Part shown: positions 9,901 to 18,097 of the stretch, piece by piece
Layout: each line of letters opens with the position of its first letter
Numbering within the stretch: position 1 is the stretch's first letter
Assembly (NCBI GenBank): GCA_041688525.1
Contig: JBDNIA010000124.1
Span: 8,380 to 72,379 of the forward strand
Reading direction: 5' to 3'
From: Crocinitomicaceae bacterium
GTDB taxonomy: Bacteria > Bacteroidota > Bacteroidia > Flavobacteriales_D > Crocinitomicaceae
Length of the DNA: 64,000 nt
Program-made: the position numbers and the translations under genes
Notes under the pieces: model-generated
Databases searched by the model: none
What the model saw: the letters and a program-made list of their open reading frames with translations, nothing else
Told to the model about the DNA's origin: nothing

Positions 9901-12472
9901 TTTTAAAAGTTGAGTATTGCAGCATTGCAAACTTTAAACTTTTTACAACATTTGCATCGTTATCTAACATATTATACATTGCAAGATTCATTGGTGAACT
10001 ATGTTGTACAAATCTACGACCTAGTTCTGTTACATTTCCAATATCTCTTAAATTACTTGTACCCGGATATGTTCCTACAAATTCATCATTTTGTTCTACA
10101 ATAGTAGCAACGTGATCATTTACTTCGCCAAGCGTAAATTCTGTAATATTTTCATTTCCAGGATTTCTTTCTAAGGAAGCTGGAATTTCATAATACCCGT
10201 TTGCATTTTTTGTAGCTGCACTACGTGCCTTAATAAGAACTACGTCATTTAAAGTTAATGAATTTATAAATGTTACTATTGCATTATTATTAACATTAGT
10301 AGTAATAGTATAATCTGTACCTTCAAATTGTAATTTATTGTTTAAATATACTCTTGTCCAAAGATCAGTTAATAGGCCACTATTGTCATACATGTCAATA
10401 ATAAACCCAACACTAGTATTGTCAAATATATATTGTCTAATTACTAGTTGTTCGCTAAGTACATTAATTTTTTTCCAACCTGATAAGGTAATATATGTAT
10501 CTAATGCAGAATATTTTCTTAAAAATCCAATATCAGTATTTTTAGTAAAAGCGTTATTTACAGATGTGTAGGTAAACGAATCAAATAATAAATTAAAATC
10601 AAAAACAATGTCACCGACATTATTAATACTTCTATAAGAAAGTGGAAACTTTAACTCGTCATCAGGTGTGCCATTTCCTACTCGATAACTAAACAGTTTG
10701 TTCCCTGCAAATGTTGAAGACGGGTATACAGTTGTGTCTGCATAAGATTTACCGTTAATATCAAAAATATCAAATAACGGAGGCTGATTAGCTTGTGTTT
10801 TATCTTGTGTAAGTTTCCACTCTATACCAGTATAATACAACATCTTACCTTTGTAAGTTGTGCCATTTAATACTAACACAACTTCATTAGTTTGTGGAAC
10901 TGAATCAGTTTCTGGAATTAATGTGATTTGCCTGTTAGTTGCGGCACCACTTGCAAAGTTAATAAATTGAACTTTAAAAATTCGACCAGATACTAATATA
11001 TCAGTGTCTGCTGTAAACATAATACGCATGCCGTCGGCAAGATCAATGCCATCAACGTTGTATCCTGGCGATCCTTCAATAGTTGAAAATGCATCTATCG
11101 TAAAATCATCAACTAAATTAACATCTGTTTTAGCAACAGTACCAAATTGATTTAATTTTAGATCTGCTTCAAATTCAATAATAGGACGTTTAGCACGTTG
11201 TAACTGATCTACATCAACAATTTGTCCATTTGCTGTTGCTGCTGTTTCAATAACACTTTTATGAAACCAACGGTTATAACGACTCCACAAGTTGCCGTCG
11301 ATACTTGCACGATTGATTACGATGTAATCTTTATCTTCTGGATAGCCAATTGCTACGCTGTAAGGAAGTCTATCAAATCCTTGTGCATCAAATTCTACAT
11401 CAATATTAGCAGTAAATGCTGTTGGAACATTTAAACTTGTTTCTGCAATAAGATTAATACGACTACCAACACCTTCAACATAAAATGTAACGTTTGCATA
11501 AGCAGCGGGTTCTACTTCGCCGGTAAACTCAATTTTCATTCCGTTTGATAGTTCTATACCATTACTACTTTTATAGAAACGCTTACCGACTACTTCTTTT
11601 TCAACATCAATAAAAGTTGCTTCGCTAATGTCTTTAACAATAATAGTACCACTTGCTTCTAGGTCGTTTGCTGCTACATAGTATAATACTTCAGGGGTAT
11701 CTGTACCTAATTGTAATGTACTAATACCTTTTTCTAGTCCCTGTACACTAACACCTTCAAGCACTAGAATACTTGAACTATCTAACTCAAATCCGTCTTC
11801 AAGTGTTCTCTTTGTCTTAATTGTAAATGGTAAGTTTGGAGTATCAATATCAAACTTGTAGGTAATTCCTCTATAAAGAGTAATTGTAGGGTTTTGTGTT
11901 AATCCGTCTGGACTGAATACATAAGTGTTATTATCAACATTATCACCGATGCGAACAGTGTAAGTACTTTCAACATCAACTGTATTCCCTGCAATTCCAA
12001 TTGTCTGCGGACCTAAAGGTAACCAGTAGTATTCACGAAAGTTACTAAACTTATCCCAATCAATACTAGGATTCCATGCATATTGTTCTTGCTGGTTGAA
12101 CACACTATGATTGTCGTTAGATTTATTAAAATTGTTTAACTGATTAACAAAGTCGTTATAGTCTTTGTAAAAAGTAACATTATCTAAATTGTCTTTGATA
12201 ACTGCCGCTGGTTCTAATTGATAGTTAAACCTATCAGCTGATACATCACCGATATAATTGTCACTCGCAGTAAATGCTCTAGCAGTTTCTCTACCAATAT
12301 ATCCGTTGAGTTTTTGAACTACGCCTGGCTGTATTAATTGGTCTAATGTACTATTTAAAAACTTCTTGTTTGGAATTGTTCTAAAAAATCTTGGAAGGAA
12401 AGATTCACTGCTGCGTTTGTTAGTGCCGTCTGCTGGCAACGCTGATTCATTTTGGTCGTTATCGTAAGACAT
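3914..12472 (-). CDS. Giant (2852 aa) baseplate/fibre structural protein occupying the T4 gp7 position
   Basis: Uninterrupted 8.5-kb ORF starting 3 nt after the gp6-like gene. FG-GAP-like motifs are present (SFGTAMSVDDRNTTLIVGAPDQGDGKVYVYS; QFGAAVAVSPDGAYVIVGSPNAS). It also has 'Y..G..V.Y....Y......F...W' repeats (YAIGSIVKYKEFYYSASTKLSGAESFDANDWNRL). The gp7 assignment rests on gene order only. Confidence 0.85.
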   Translation of the reverse strand: MSYDNDQNESALPADGTNKRSSESFLPRFFRTIPNKKFLNSTLDQLIQPGVVQKLNGYIGRETARAFTASDNYIGDVSADRFNYQLEPAAVIKDNLDNVTFYKDYNDFVNQLNNFNKSNDNHSVFNQQEQYAWNPSIDWDKFSNFREYYWLPLGPQTIGIAGNTVDVESTYTVRIGDNVDNNTYVFSPDGLTQNPTITLYRGITYKFDIDTPNLPFTIKTKRTLEDGFELDSSSILVLEGVSVQGLEKGISTLQLGTDTPEVLYYVAANDLEASGTIIVKDISEATFIDVEKEVVGKRFYKSSNGIELSNGMKIEFTGEVEPAAYANVTFYVEGVGSRINLIAETSLNVPTAFTANIDVEFDAQGFDRLPYSVAIGYPEDKDYIVINRASIDGNLWSRYNRWFHKSVIETAATANGQIVDVDQLQRAKRPIIEFEADLKLNQFGTVAKTDVNLVDDFTIDAFSTIEGSPGYNVDGIDLADGMRIMFTADTDILVSGRIFKVQFINFASGAATNRQITLIPETDSVPQTNEVVLVLNGTTYKGKMLYYTGIEWKLTQDKTQANQPPLFDIFDINGKSYADTTVYPSSTFAGNKLFSYRVGNGTPDDELKFPLSYRSINNVGDIVFDFNLLFDSFTYTSVNNAFTKNTDIGFLRKYSALDTYITLSGWKKINVLSEQLVIRQYIFDNTSVGFIIDMYDNSGLLTDLWTRVYLNNKLQFEGTDYTITTNVNNNAIVTFINSLTLNDVVLIKARSAATKNANGYYEIPASLERNPGNENITEFTLGEVNDHVATIVEQNDEFVGTYPGTSNLRDIGNVTELGRRFVQHSSPMNLAMYNMLDNDANVVKSLKFAMLQYSTFKRLFLQTAEDISFSGTIKSHVDAILTEINKDKTSTQPFFFSDMIPTGATKKLTTAVIDADELYYPLSTAFSLSTPSRIAVQVYLNEVQLVQGRDYTFNTEGYVLITAAKQPDDIVDIYEYETTNGSYVPPTPSKLGLYPSYEPAKYLDDTYQTPRYIIQGHDGSKIAAFDDYRDDLLLELEKRIFNNIKVGYDTNFLNIHSLIGGDYRNTAVSKRQIDRVILADFLQWTKLIDQDYTLHNFFDRANSFTFNYAGSTGPTGAVLPGFWRQIYQQAYDTDRPHTHPWEMLGFTVMPTWWETQYGPAPYTKENLLLWQDIEAGIVRQPGVKYKILNNYKRPGLTNHLPVNSEGNLLSPIESGYINYFDNQLLDESFVFGDGAPIESAWRASSQYPFSVITAFAINKPHMLFATGFDRINQVRNISGDLIYAKTNTRIKLSDIVFPNTYEDTVQVYTSGVVNYIANYMAADITTSYTAYKSNIRTIKNQLGYKLAGFTDKDKFRLILDSRTPLNEGNVFVPDENYKIFLNTSTPIKTVSYSGVIVERRSDGYVINGYDTEIASFNYYAAISTQSDPSINIGGISESYLIWDSGKQYVAGQNIEYQGAYYRVKSNFISSTDFDTTNLVKLPALPLIGGRTAFVRRKFNKNIVLEADYGQLFVTIQDVVDFLLGYGEYLMDQGFVFDYYEGDAKVVLNWRHSVNEFLFWTTQNWGEGSVITLSPAATQLKFVSEYSMVDNIFDSFYGYSLLQSDGTKLVQEFSTLGRSPNEFIIRPRNTADGVFAVKLPLVQKEHVLLIDNKTVFGDIIYDTQPGYRQERIKVLGYVTQEWDGSLNIPGFIYDDAKATTWESWTDYAIGSIVKYKEFYYSASTKLSGAESFDANDWNRLNEKPEAGLYANFEYKTNQFADFYDLDSDNFDTEQQRMAQHLIGYQKRQYLENIINDDVSQYKFYQGMIQDKGTKNALTKLFDVLSSADKDSLEFYEEWAIRDGQYGASDGFEEYELLLDESKFRLTPQPIDLVTSTTGTETDLVYRILPYEVYQKTPNYNHKPFPEKYVDTSYVKNAGYVNPEDVRGIATSYANIADFNFVDVKITDYIWVGNDNLDWGVYKHVDTDYEVEAVSAGTTSFTLTLTTNVTDIEVDDVIGLHSFSNYVEYIAEDSTAASTTEKFDLDGFYVVSAVDKNVITLLTPTVQTEITKCVGSITCFLKVRAANISSANTILQQNLDTNDYLWIDNVSGLGKWSVLKNENLFTEQLRLTKPSTSSDVSFGTAMSVDDRNTTLIVGAPDQGDGKVYVYSRATDSINFVQTQVIEPFKFGNDLEQFGAAVAVSPDGAYVIVGSPNASNVKTKYAGTFVPGSDYGKGSIVAKDQQLWKSLVDIEGEEASIQFNSFNSITYIVDVLNIENTSTESIPTLLVGNYAIDPNEASLAFLNQPVTHLLIRAPLAQYDGSGVGNQIKLAWNQTTYSNQGLAALASRSPFNGSFAVIDAAFIEQTHTIQKKIDVVLYVRSSTVQPELGDILQTQTALGTVDYIFNVGAEVVMYLTGVNGTFSSTDSLFRNDGDFIGEYILQGPSDSIDTSTQLGGFWYIDTPSYTPTAITENTDQGRGLVFYDVITDIAHASTVFYNSLDYNTATTSSQNTYNAYIQKLSYQGLPGAYGSTSPFLSNLYVVRAPKAISDAFVQGYNIELYVNQLPQYGTSIIRDLTAIGLSTSTTNATQIIYDVWDGYINFNYTKFDAAGNPFEPKVGQTVADLTTGATGVVAFYQRKGLNVTVFIKSLTGTWSEGDVYGQNAEIRFNLIPGDPSPTYQANRTMGQIQYVSLGLPSEGIGKLLVFEAPTTIPLTLSSSLLDIEYWFYTTATVSGIPRLANSPSAVNNEWTQVYQIPAETTGTSSGLANEGLYTIYSKAAPGRYDRIASYTVPEKQANFKLGSSIKITKNGNLYRGFVHAEGSKTSSLPGRLYFIKKGEENSLTYNWDYAKNKNFKGTFSQGLNYFTNDIVI

Positions 12473-12474
12473 TA

Positions 12475-15400
12475 TTAATAAGGCCCTCCAGTTATAGATA
12501 ATCCACTGCTTGTTAAACCTGTGTTAACTGTTGTTGCATTTGTAGTAATAGCACCACTTGAACGAAGCCTTGTAGCAGTTACAGCGTCAATTAGTTCAAT
12601 GTCAGCAACAGTTGCTGCGCTTATAAAAATTTCATCAGACTCTGATTTTATTTCAAATAAACTACCAAACGTTTGTGCTGCTTGGTTTGGAACTATTACA
12701 AATGTTACTAAGTTAGGTGTTAATTGTTGCATAACGTATGTGCTCAACTCTGTAAAATAGAACGGTTCTCCAAACTCCCAATTTTCTAGAGCAAAAAATT
12801 CATTGATTGCTGCAATTACTCTAGTTTTAATGTCATTATCGTTAATCACAATATCAGGATTCTTTACAATTTTAAATTTTGCTTGTAGTGTTGCATCGGC
12901 TATTTCTCCAAACAGTATCTTATACTTAACTGGATGATAAATAATTTCGTCACTAATTGACTTAATTTTGTTAAGTGATTGTCCGTAATTTAAATACAAT
13001 TGATCACTACTCGGTGAAAGAGGTTTTGTACTTACTGTGCCGTCAATATAAAGCCTAAAGTTATTATCATATGACTTTGTTAATAGATACACATCTACAA
13101 TATTACTTACACTTGGGTCAATTCTGCTACTTGCATCTGCTGCATGTACATAATGAAATTTAAGTTTATCGCGACCAATTTTAGCAAGATAGCTTTGTGT
13201 CGTAGTAAGAACGCCTGTTGTTTTAATTAAAATCTGAAATAAATCTTCTGCTATAAAATAAAATATTTGATTATTATCAGCCATTGTTGTATTAGATAAA
13301 GAAATCTTAGTATCAATTACTTGTATACTGCCTGTACCATCTGAGAATACATATTTTCCAAGGTCCGTTGAAACGGCTGTTGAAATATAATTATATTCTT
13401 CTACACCATCAATAGTAGTTGTCTTTAATTGAAATACATACTTGGTTAACGGATTAACAGTTTCATTTACTATTTCATCAAATATTTGAGGATCATCAAC
13501 TACACCGTCGTCGTCACCGTCAAAAAAGCTAACTTGAATTTTGCTACTGTCTACATAACCTTCGGCGTCTCTATATTCTTCAACGATTTCCCAATCAAAA
13601 TCAACAGCAAACGGCGAAGTTAAATCAGGAGACTTATTAATGTTTAAAACTGAAATTTTATCTTTAATAATTTTACCAGTTCTATTGTTGTAAATTTTAT
13701 CCGAGCTATCAAAATAGAATCTAATTTCTTCAGCACTTTCAAATACATATCTACTAGCACGATATGTAATTGTATATGTTTCACCGTTTGTTTCAAACAG
13801 TAATAACCAACTTGCATCTAATTGTTGATTAGTTGTATCACCAGTTTTACCAATACTAAAGAGACTGTCAATGTTTAAGTTGTTAGTTGTAACTATTCGC
13901 CATTCGCCTATATTAACGTCAAATCTTAAACCAAAGCTATTGTATGCAAATACTTGATCAATCAATTGTAGAGAAACAGCTGGTTGTAATTCTGTTGCTA
14001 GTCTAGGTATTATTTGTGTAAGCCTTGCACGATTTGCTACGTCCAGTAAATCACCTGGAATATTATCATTAAGCATTACTGGTCCGGTGCCGTCTGCATT
14101 TGTTGCTGTTCCGTCGCCTACTACACTGATAATTTTAGTCCATTTGTATAACGTGCCGCCTGACGGTATACCCGAACTAAGTATATTACCTAATTTATTA
14201 TCATTTTCACTTTGAAAATACTTTCCTACCGGTGGTTCAAATTTAACAAGTGTTCCTGGTTTTAATAATTTCAATGTACTTGCAGTAAATGCACTTAGCT
14301 GAGAACGTGTGCCAACGGTGTTAGTAAAATATCCTGTATTTTGATTTGTATCGACTGTTTGACTATTCCAAGTTATTCCTAAGTCGCCTACTAGAGTTTT
14401 AGGAAAACTATTATAGTAATAGTTTTTAATTTTTTTATCAGTGAGTATAGGTTCTATAATATTTGCAATTGCACCTTCAATATCAGTTTTAGAAATAAAA
14501 CTAAATTTTAATTTAGGTATTAAAAACTCTTTTGTTATAATACCATCGATGCCAAACAAGTTAGTTTTAGAGTATTTTCCAGTTGCATCTACTAGATCTA
14601 GATAACGACTAATTCCGCTTGCAGTTCTGTTAACACTTTTTACTTTAATAATTTCTTGACTAATACTTAACGGAGCAATTTGATAATCTTCAGCAGTTAT
14701 CATTCTGTTCTGTGTGTAGTAAGTTGCAGGTGCATTGCGTTTAATACTTGCACTTGATTCGCTTGAACTTGCATTATCAACAGTATACTTTAATTGAAAT
14801 ACCATTGTAACCTGTTCTGTTTTACCAGTTTTACTGATGTACGGAACTTTAATACTAACACCGCGCATATCTGCCGGCTCAATTACGATACGCTGATTTT
14901 TACTTGTTCTGTAATATACTCTAAAATTACCTTGTGGCAAGTTACCAAATGTACCATCAGAGAATATTAAACTGATTCTATCATTTGCTCTTGTAAGTAC
15001 ACTGTAGATGTTTCTAATACTTTTGCTTAAACTATTGTAGATTACGTTGTTGCCTTCAACAGCATCAACCTTTGACCATAGTTCTTCTTCAAGACCAAAG
15101 TTGTCAACTTTATACAACCATACATCAGAGTTATTAATATTTGTTGCATCAATTGCAACAACTTGATTAGTACTCGGACTGTCAACTGTAAATGTACCTT
15201 GGTCCATTGCACCTTGTCTAAAGTGACAGAAGTAACCAGTATTAGAACTTGCAGGACCTTTGCCGTCGTTTCTGTAAAGGAATGCAAAGTTGTTTCCTGG
15301 AAACGGTGCTTCTTCTTTAATTTCGCCGTTGTCTACATCAGTTGAGACAATTTCAAATCTACTAGTTGATCCGCTAATTGTTTTATTAAATCCGTATACT

Positions 15401-15990
15401 GGCAATTCAGTATTAGCACTACTTAATCTATACTGCTCTGTAGGTACACCTGCAACTGTATCTTTTTTTGCAGGGCGTCCAATACTAGAATTAACAGGCA
15501 GCGCTGCATTTAAAATTTTAGTAAATTGTTCTTGCCAATTAGGGTTGCTTGGATCGTTCCAGATAACTGTTTGGTTTGCTAAGTTTATGTTATTTGAATC
15601 TCTAACAACTTCTGTTGTGTTAACACTTTCAATTTTAAGCAACCCGTTTGCTGCTTGATTACGTTTAGGATTGTAGGAAAGCAAACGTGCAAGACGGAGA
15701 ACTGATTCTCTACGTTCTGCAAGCTCTAAAAAGTTTTCACGTGCATTTAAGTCAGTACGGAAAGCAATGTTTTGACCTAGGAAAGCAATTAGATCAATAA
15801 GTGCAAGGTACTCTGAACTTTCAATGTAATCGTTAAAATCTTCTGGATAATTTTGACGAATGTAATTGATCATTGTTCGACGTAAATTGTCAAAGTCGTA
15901 TGATTTGAAGTCGGCGTTTCTATAACTCTGATAGATACGCTTCCAATCTTCTGCTACTAATAAACGGTTTTGTCTGTCTGTACTTGACAT
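12475..15990 (-). CDS. gp6: Baseplate wedge protein, T4 gp6 / Baseplate_J family
   Basis: 1171-aa ORF directly after the gp25-like gene. The N-terminal pattern is DFDNLRRTMINYIRQNYPEDFNDYIESSEYLALIDLIAFLGQNIAFRTDLNARENFLELAERRESVLRLARLLSYNPKR. This is the classic start of baseplate J / gp6 proteins. The match is from memory of the family, not from a search. Confidence 0.75.
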   Translation of the reverse strand: MSSTDRQNRLLVAEDWKRIYQSYRNADFKSYDFDNLRRTMINYIRQNYPEDFNDYIESSEYLALIDLIAFLGQNIAFRTDLNARENFLELAERRESVLRLARLLSYNPKRNQAANGLLKIESVNTTEVVRDSNNINLANQTVIWNDPSNPNWQEQFTKILNAALPVNSSIGRPAKKDTVAGVPTEQYRLSSANTELPVYGFNKTISGSTSRFEIVSTDVDNGEIKEEAPFPGNNFAFLYRNDGKGPASSNTGYFCHFRQGAMDQGTFTVDSPSTNQVVAIDATNINNSDVWLYKVDNFGLEEELWSKVDAVEGNNVIYNSLSKSIRNIYSVLTRANDRISLIFSDGTFGNLPQGNFRVYYRTSKNQRIVIEPADMRGVSIKVPYISKTGKTEQVTMVFQLKYTVDNASSSESSASIKRNAPATYYTQNRMITAEDYQIAPLSISQEIIKVKSVNRTASGISRYLDLVDATGKYSKTNLFGIDGIITKEFLIPKLKFSFISKTDIEGAIANIIEPILTDKKIKNYYYNSFPKTLVGDLGITWNSQTVDTNQNTGYFTNTVGTRSQLSAFTASTLKLLKPGTLVKFEPPVGKYFQSENDNKLGNILSSGIPSGGTLYKWTKIISVVGDGTATNADGTGPVMLNDNIPGDLLDVANRARLTQIIPRLATELQPAVSLQLIDQVFAYNSFGLRFDVNIGEWRIVTTNNLNIDSLFSIGKTGDTTNQQLDASWLLLFETNGETYTITYRASRYVFESAEEIRFYFDSSDKIYNNRTGKIIKDKISVLNINKSPDLTSPFAVDFDWEIVEEYRDAEGYVDSSKIQVSFFDGDDDGVVDDPQIFDEIVNETVNPLTKYVFQLKTTTIDGVEEYNYISTAVSTDLGKYVFSDGTGSIQVIDTKISLSNTTMADNNQIFYFIAEDLFQILIKTTGVLTTTQSYLAKIGRDKLKFHYVHAADASSRIDPSVSNIVDVYLLTKSYDNNFRLYIDGTVSTKPLSPSSDQLYLNYGQSLNKIKSISDEIIYHPVKYKILFGEIADATLQAKFKIVKNPDIVINDNDIKTRVIAAINEFFALENWEFGEPFYFTELSTYVMQQLTPNLVTFVIVPNQAAQTFGSLFEIKSESDEIFISAATVADIELIDAVTATRLRSSGAITTNATTVNTGLTSSGLSITGGPY

Positions 15991-16018
15991 GGATTTGCTT
16001 TCCTCTTAACTTATAGTG

Positions 16019-16026
16019 TATTTATT
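16019..16026 (-). promoter_or_regulatory. Late-promoter-like motif AATAAATA(C), 29 nt upstream of the gp6-like ATG
   Basis: The reverse complement of 16018-16026 is AATAAATAC. This is one mismatch from the T4 late -10 element TATAAATA. It shares the ATAAATAC core seen before other late genes in this window. Confidence 0.35.
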
Positions 16027-16050
16027 AATTTGAATAAACCACGTATATAA

Positions 16051-16500
16051 TTAATTGGCTAAAAATCCGTTATTTTGGTCAAATATTAATTGCATATTTT
16101 CTACAATATTGTAGGGTAAAAATATCAATGTTGCTTCTATTTGTAAGCCACTTTCGTACTGATCAACTACTATGTTAGTAACACTTACTCTAGGATCGTA
16201 GTTAATAATAGTAGTTACATTTTCAGCAATAATCTGTTTGATATTTTCAGTTAATGGTTCATATAGAATGTCCCAAATAATTGTACCAAAATTAGGATTG
16301 CTTAAAAGTTCGCCTTGACGAATATGAAAGTGATTAATAATATCTTGTTTTACAATTTGTAAATCATACAGTTGAAATCCAACATTGTTTGGATTAACTG
16401 TAGAAAATCCCCTATAGGTTTTTTCACCTATACCATAGTCAGGACGAGTAGTACCTTTTACAGTAATTTGTTTATAAAGATTTTTCTCTAGTGTGCTCAT
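16051..16500 (-). CDS. gp25: Baseplate wedge protein, T4 gp25 / GPW family
   Basis: 149 aa, the typical size. Motif IKQDIINHFHIRQGELLSNPNFGTIIWDILYEP matches the gp25/GPW signature (G-E...P.FG). It sits between the spike-like and gp6-like genes, as in many T4-related phages. Confidence 0.85.
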   Translation of the reverse strand: MSTLEKNLYKQITVKGTTRPDYGIGEKTYRGFSTVNPNNVGFQLYDLQIVKQDIINHFHIRQGELLSNPNFGTIIWDILYEPLTENIKQIIAENVTTIINYDPRVSVTNIVVDQYESGLQIEATLIFLPYNIVENMQLIFDQNNGFLAN

Positions 16501-16512
16501 ACTGTATTTACC

Positions 16513-18087
16513 TTAATCTTGTCGGCCTGTTCTAGACAGAGTACTAGTAACTGTTGCTGCTCCGGCTCTTGCTTGCCTTAAAATAGCATCATCATAAGGC
16601 GGTGTAGTAACTGCTCCTGCTCTTGCTTCTGCTTCTCCTGCTGCTCCTTCGGAACTTGCACCTGATGCATTTCTCGAAGGTGTGCTTGTAACAGTTGTAT
16701 TACTTATTGCTGCTCGTTCTGCTGACGTTGATCCCGATGCTGCAACTGTACCCGGAGCACATTTTTCATACGTATCTCCTAAAGGCACTGTAGCACCGTC
16801 TTTTACAGCAACCGGAGTTCCAGATGCACTTCCTGATCCGCTAGGTATTACCGATGGCGGAGACGGGGCCGCAGCAACTGCTGCCGCCGGCCCGTTCATA
16901 TGTATAACCGATGCAGTTTCGTAATGGCCTGCACTAGCAATATTACTAGTTCCTGCGCAAGTTAATCTACCGTCAGCGCCCACTAATAAATCCCAGTTTG
17001 CACCAGTTTGTGTTGCCATCTGATTTGCTGCAACTATATTAACATCTGCTCCAGCTTTTAAATTAATATTTTTTGCAGCAGTAAAATTTATATCATTATC
17101 TGATTTAAAACTAATATTGTTTTTTGAATAAACTTCTATTGCTCCGCCGGCTGTCATTTCAATCCAACTTTGACCACTTCCGTGTGCAATATACACTAAG
17201 TCTTCTGTATTGTGGAAAAGTATCTGATGTCCTGTACGTGTTCTAATTCTTACTAATTCGTTCATAGGCAGTGTTGGATCACCGCCTTGATCTAATGTTG
17301 CATATTCACTAGGAGTTGTTGCAGCTGGTCCTTTTCTATACAAACTAGGATCGCCATCATCCATTACAAAAGTTGAACCAGTTAGTCTCGATGATGGAAT
17401 TTCTGTTTGTGCATTTTCAGCACCTACTTTTACTTTAGGCTTTCCTGGTCTACGGTCTAGCGGGCCGGGTGTACTCATTCCAAATACCATACTAGGTACT
17501 TCTCGTCTAGCACTGGAACTAGTAGTGCCTCTAATTGGATCACTAAGTAAGCCGGCTTTAGTAAGTTGTGCTATTGCATCCGTGTTAACAGGTTTTAAAA
17601 ACTGCGTAGGGTCGTTACCAACGCCTGGTTCATTTCTTTTGTTGTATTCTCCAACAGGAGAAATTGCAGTTTGATTTTCTTTGTTGTATTTTGTACTTGC
17701 ATTTCCAGGTACCATAAAGTTCATAAACTTTTCTTGTACACAGCCGATCCAAAATCCTCGACTTTTATTTCCTTCTGCAAATATAACTAGTACTTGTGTC
17801 CCGACGTCCGGTGGCACTGCCCACATTCCGTAACTTTTTTGAGTATAATCAAATCCGTTGTTGTCGCTTGTTCCGTCGTAAGGTGTAATTCCGTAAAACG
17901 GACTTAGATAACTTACTATTGCCATTTCGCCAGTAACGTCTGTGGTGTTTCCTTCAGTTGATGATTTTAACAATTCAACTTCTAGTGAACCCATGTACTC
18001 AGTGTCTAAGTGATTGCGCACCACAGCCAAAAAGGGACCAGGGCCTTCAAATATATTATCACCTGGGGTTCTTGCTTCTGTTGCCAT
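16513..18087 (-). CDS. gp5: Baseplate central spike / cell-puncturing protein (T4 gp5-like OB-fold plus beta-helix, no lysozyme domain seen)
   Basis: N-terminal OB-fold-like segment FLAVVRNHLDTEYMGSLEVELL...SYGMWAVPPDVGTQVLVIFAEGNKSRGFWIGCV. A repetitive beta-helix-like stretch follows (AIEVYSKNNISFKSDNDINFTAAKNINLKAGADVNIVAAN...). The C-terminal tail is Ala/Gly-rich. Position is immediately upstream of gp25. Confidence 0.65.
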   Translation of the reverse strand: MATEARTPGDNIFEGPGPFLAVVRNHLDTEYMGSLEVELLKSSTEGNTTDVTGEMAIVSYLSPFYGITPYDGTSDNNGFDYTQKSYGMWAVPPDVGTQVLVIFAEGNKSRGFWIGCVQEKFMNFMVPGNASTKYNKENQTAISPVGEYNKRNEPGVGNDPTQFLKPVNTDAIAQLTKAGLLSDPIRGTTSSSARREVPSMVFGMSTPGPLDRRPGKPKVKVGAENAQTEIPSSRLTGSTFVMDDGDPSLYRKGPAATTPSEYATLDQGGDPTLPMNELVRIRTRTGHQILFHNTEDLVYIAHGSGQSWIEMTAGGAIEVYSKNNISFKSDNDINFTAAKNINLKAGADVNIVAANQMATQTGANWDLLVGADGRLTCAGTSNIASAGHYETASVIHMNGPAAAVAAAPSPPSVIPSGSGSASGTPVAVKDGATVPLGDTYEKCAPGTVAASGSTSAERAAISNTTVTSTPSRNASGASSEGAAGEAEARAGAVTTPPYDDAILRQARAGAATVTSTLSRTGRQD

Positions 18088-18097
18088 TGTTTATTCC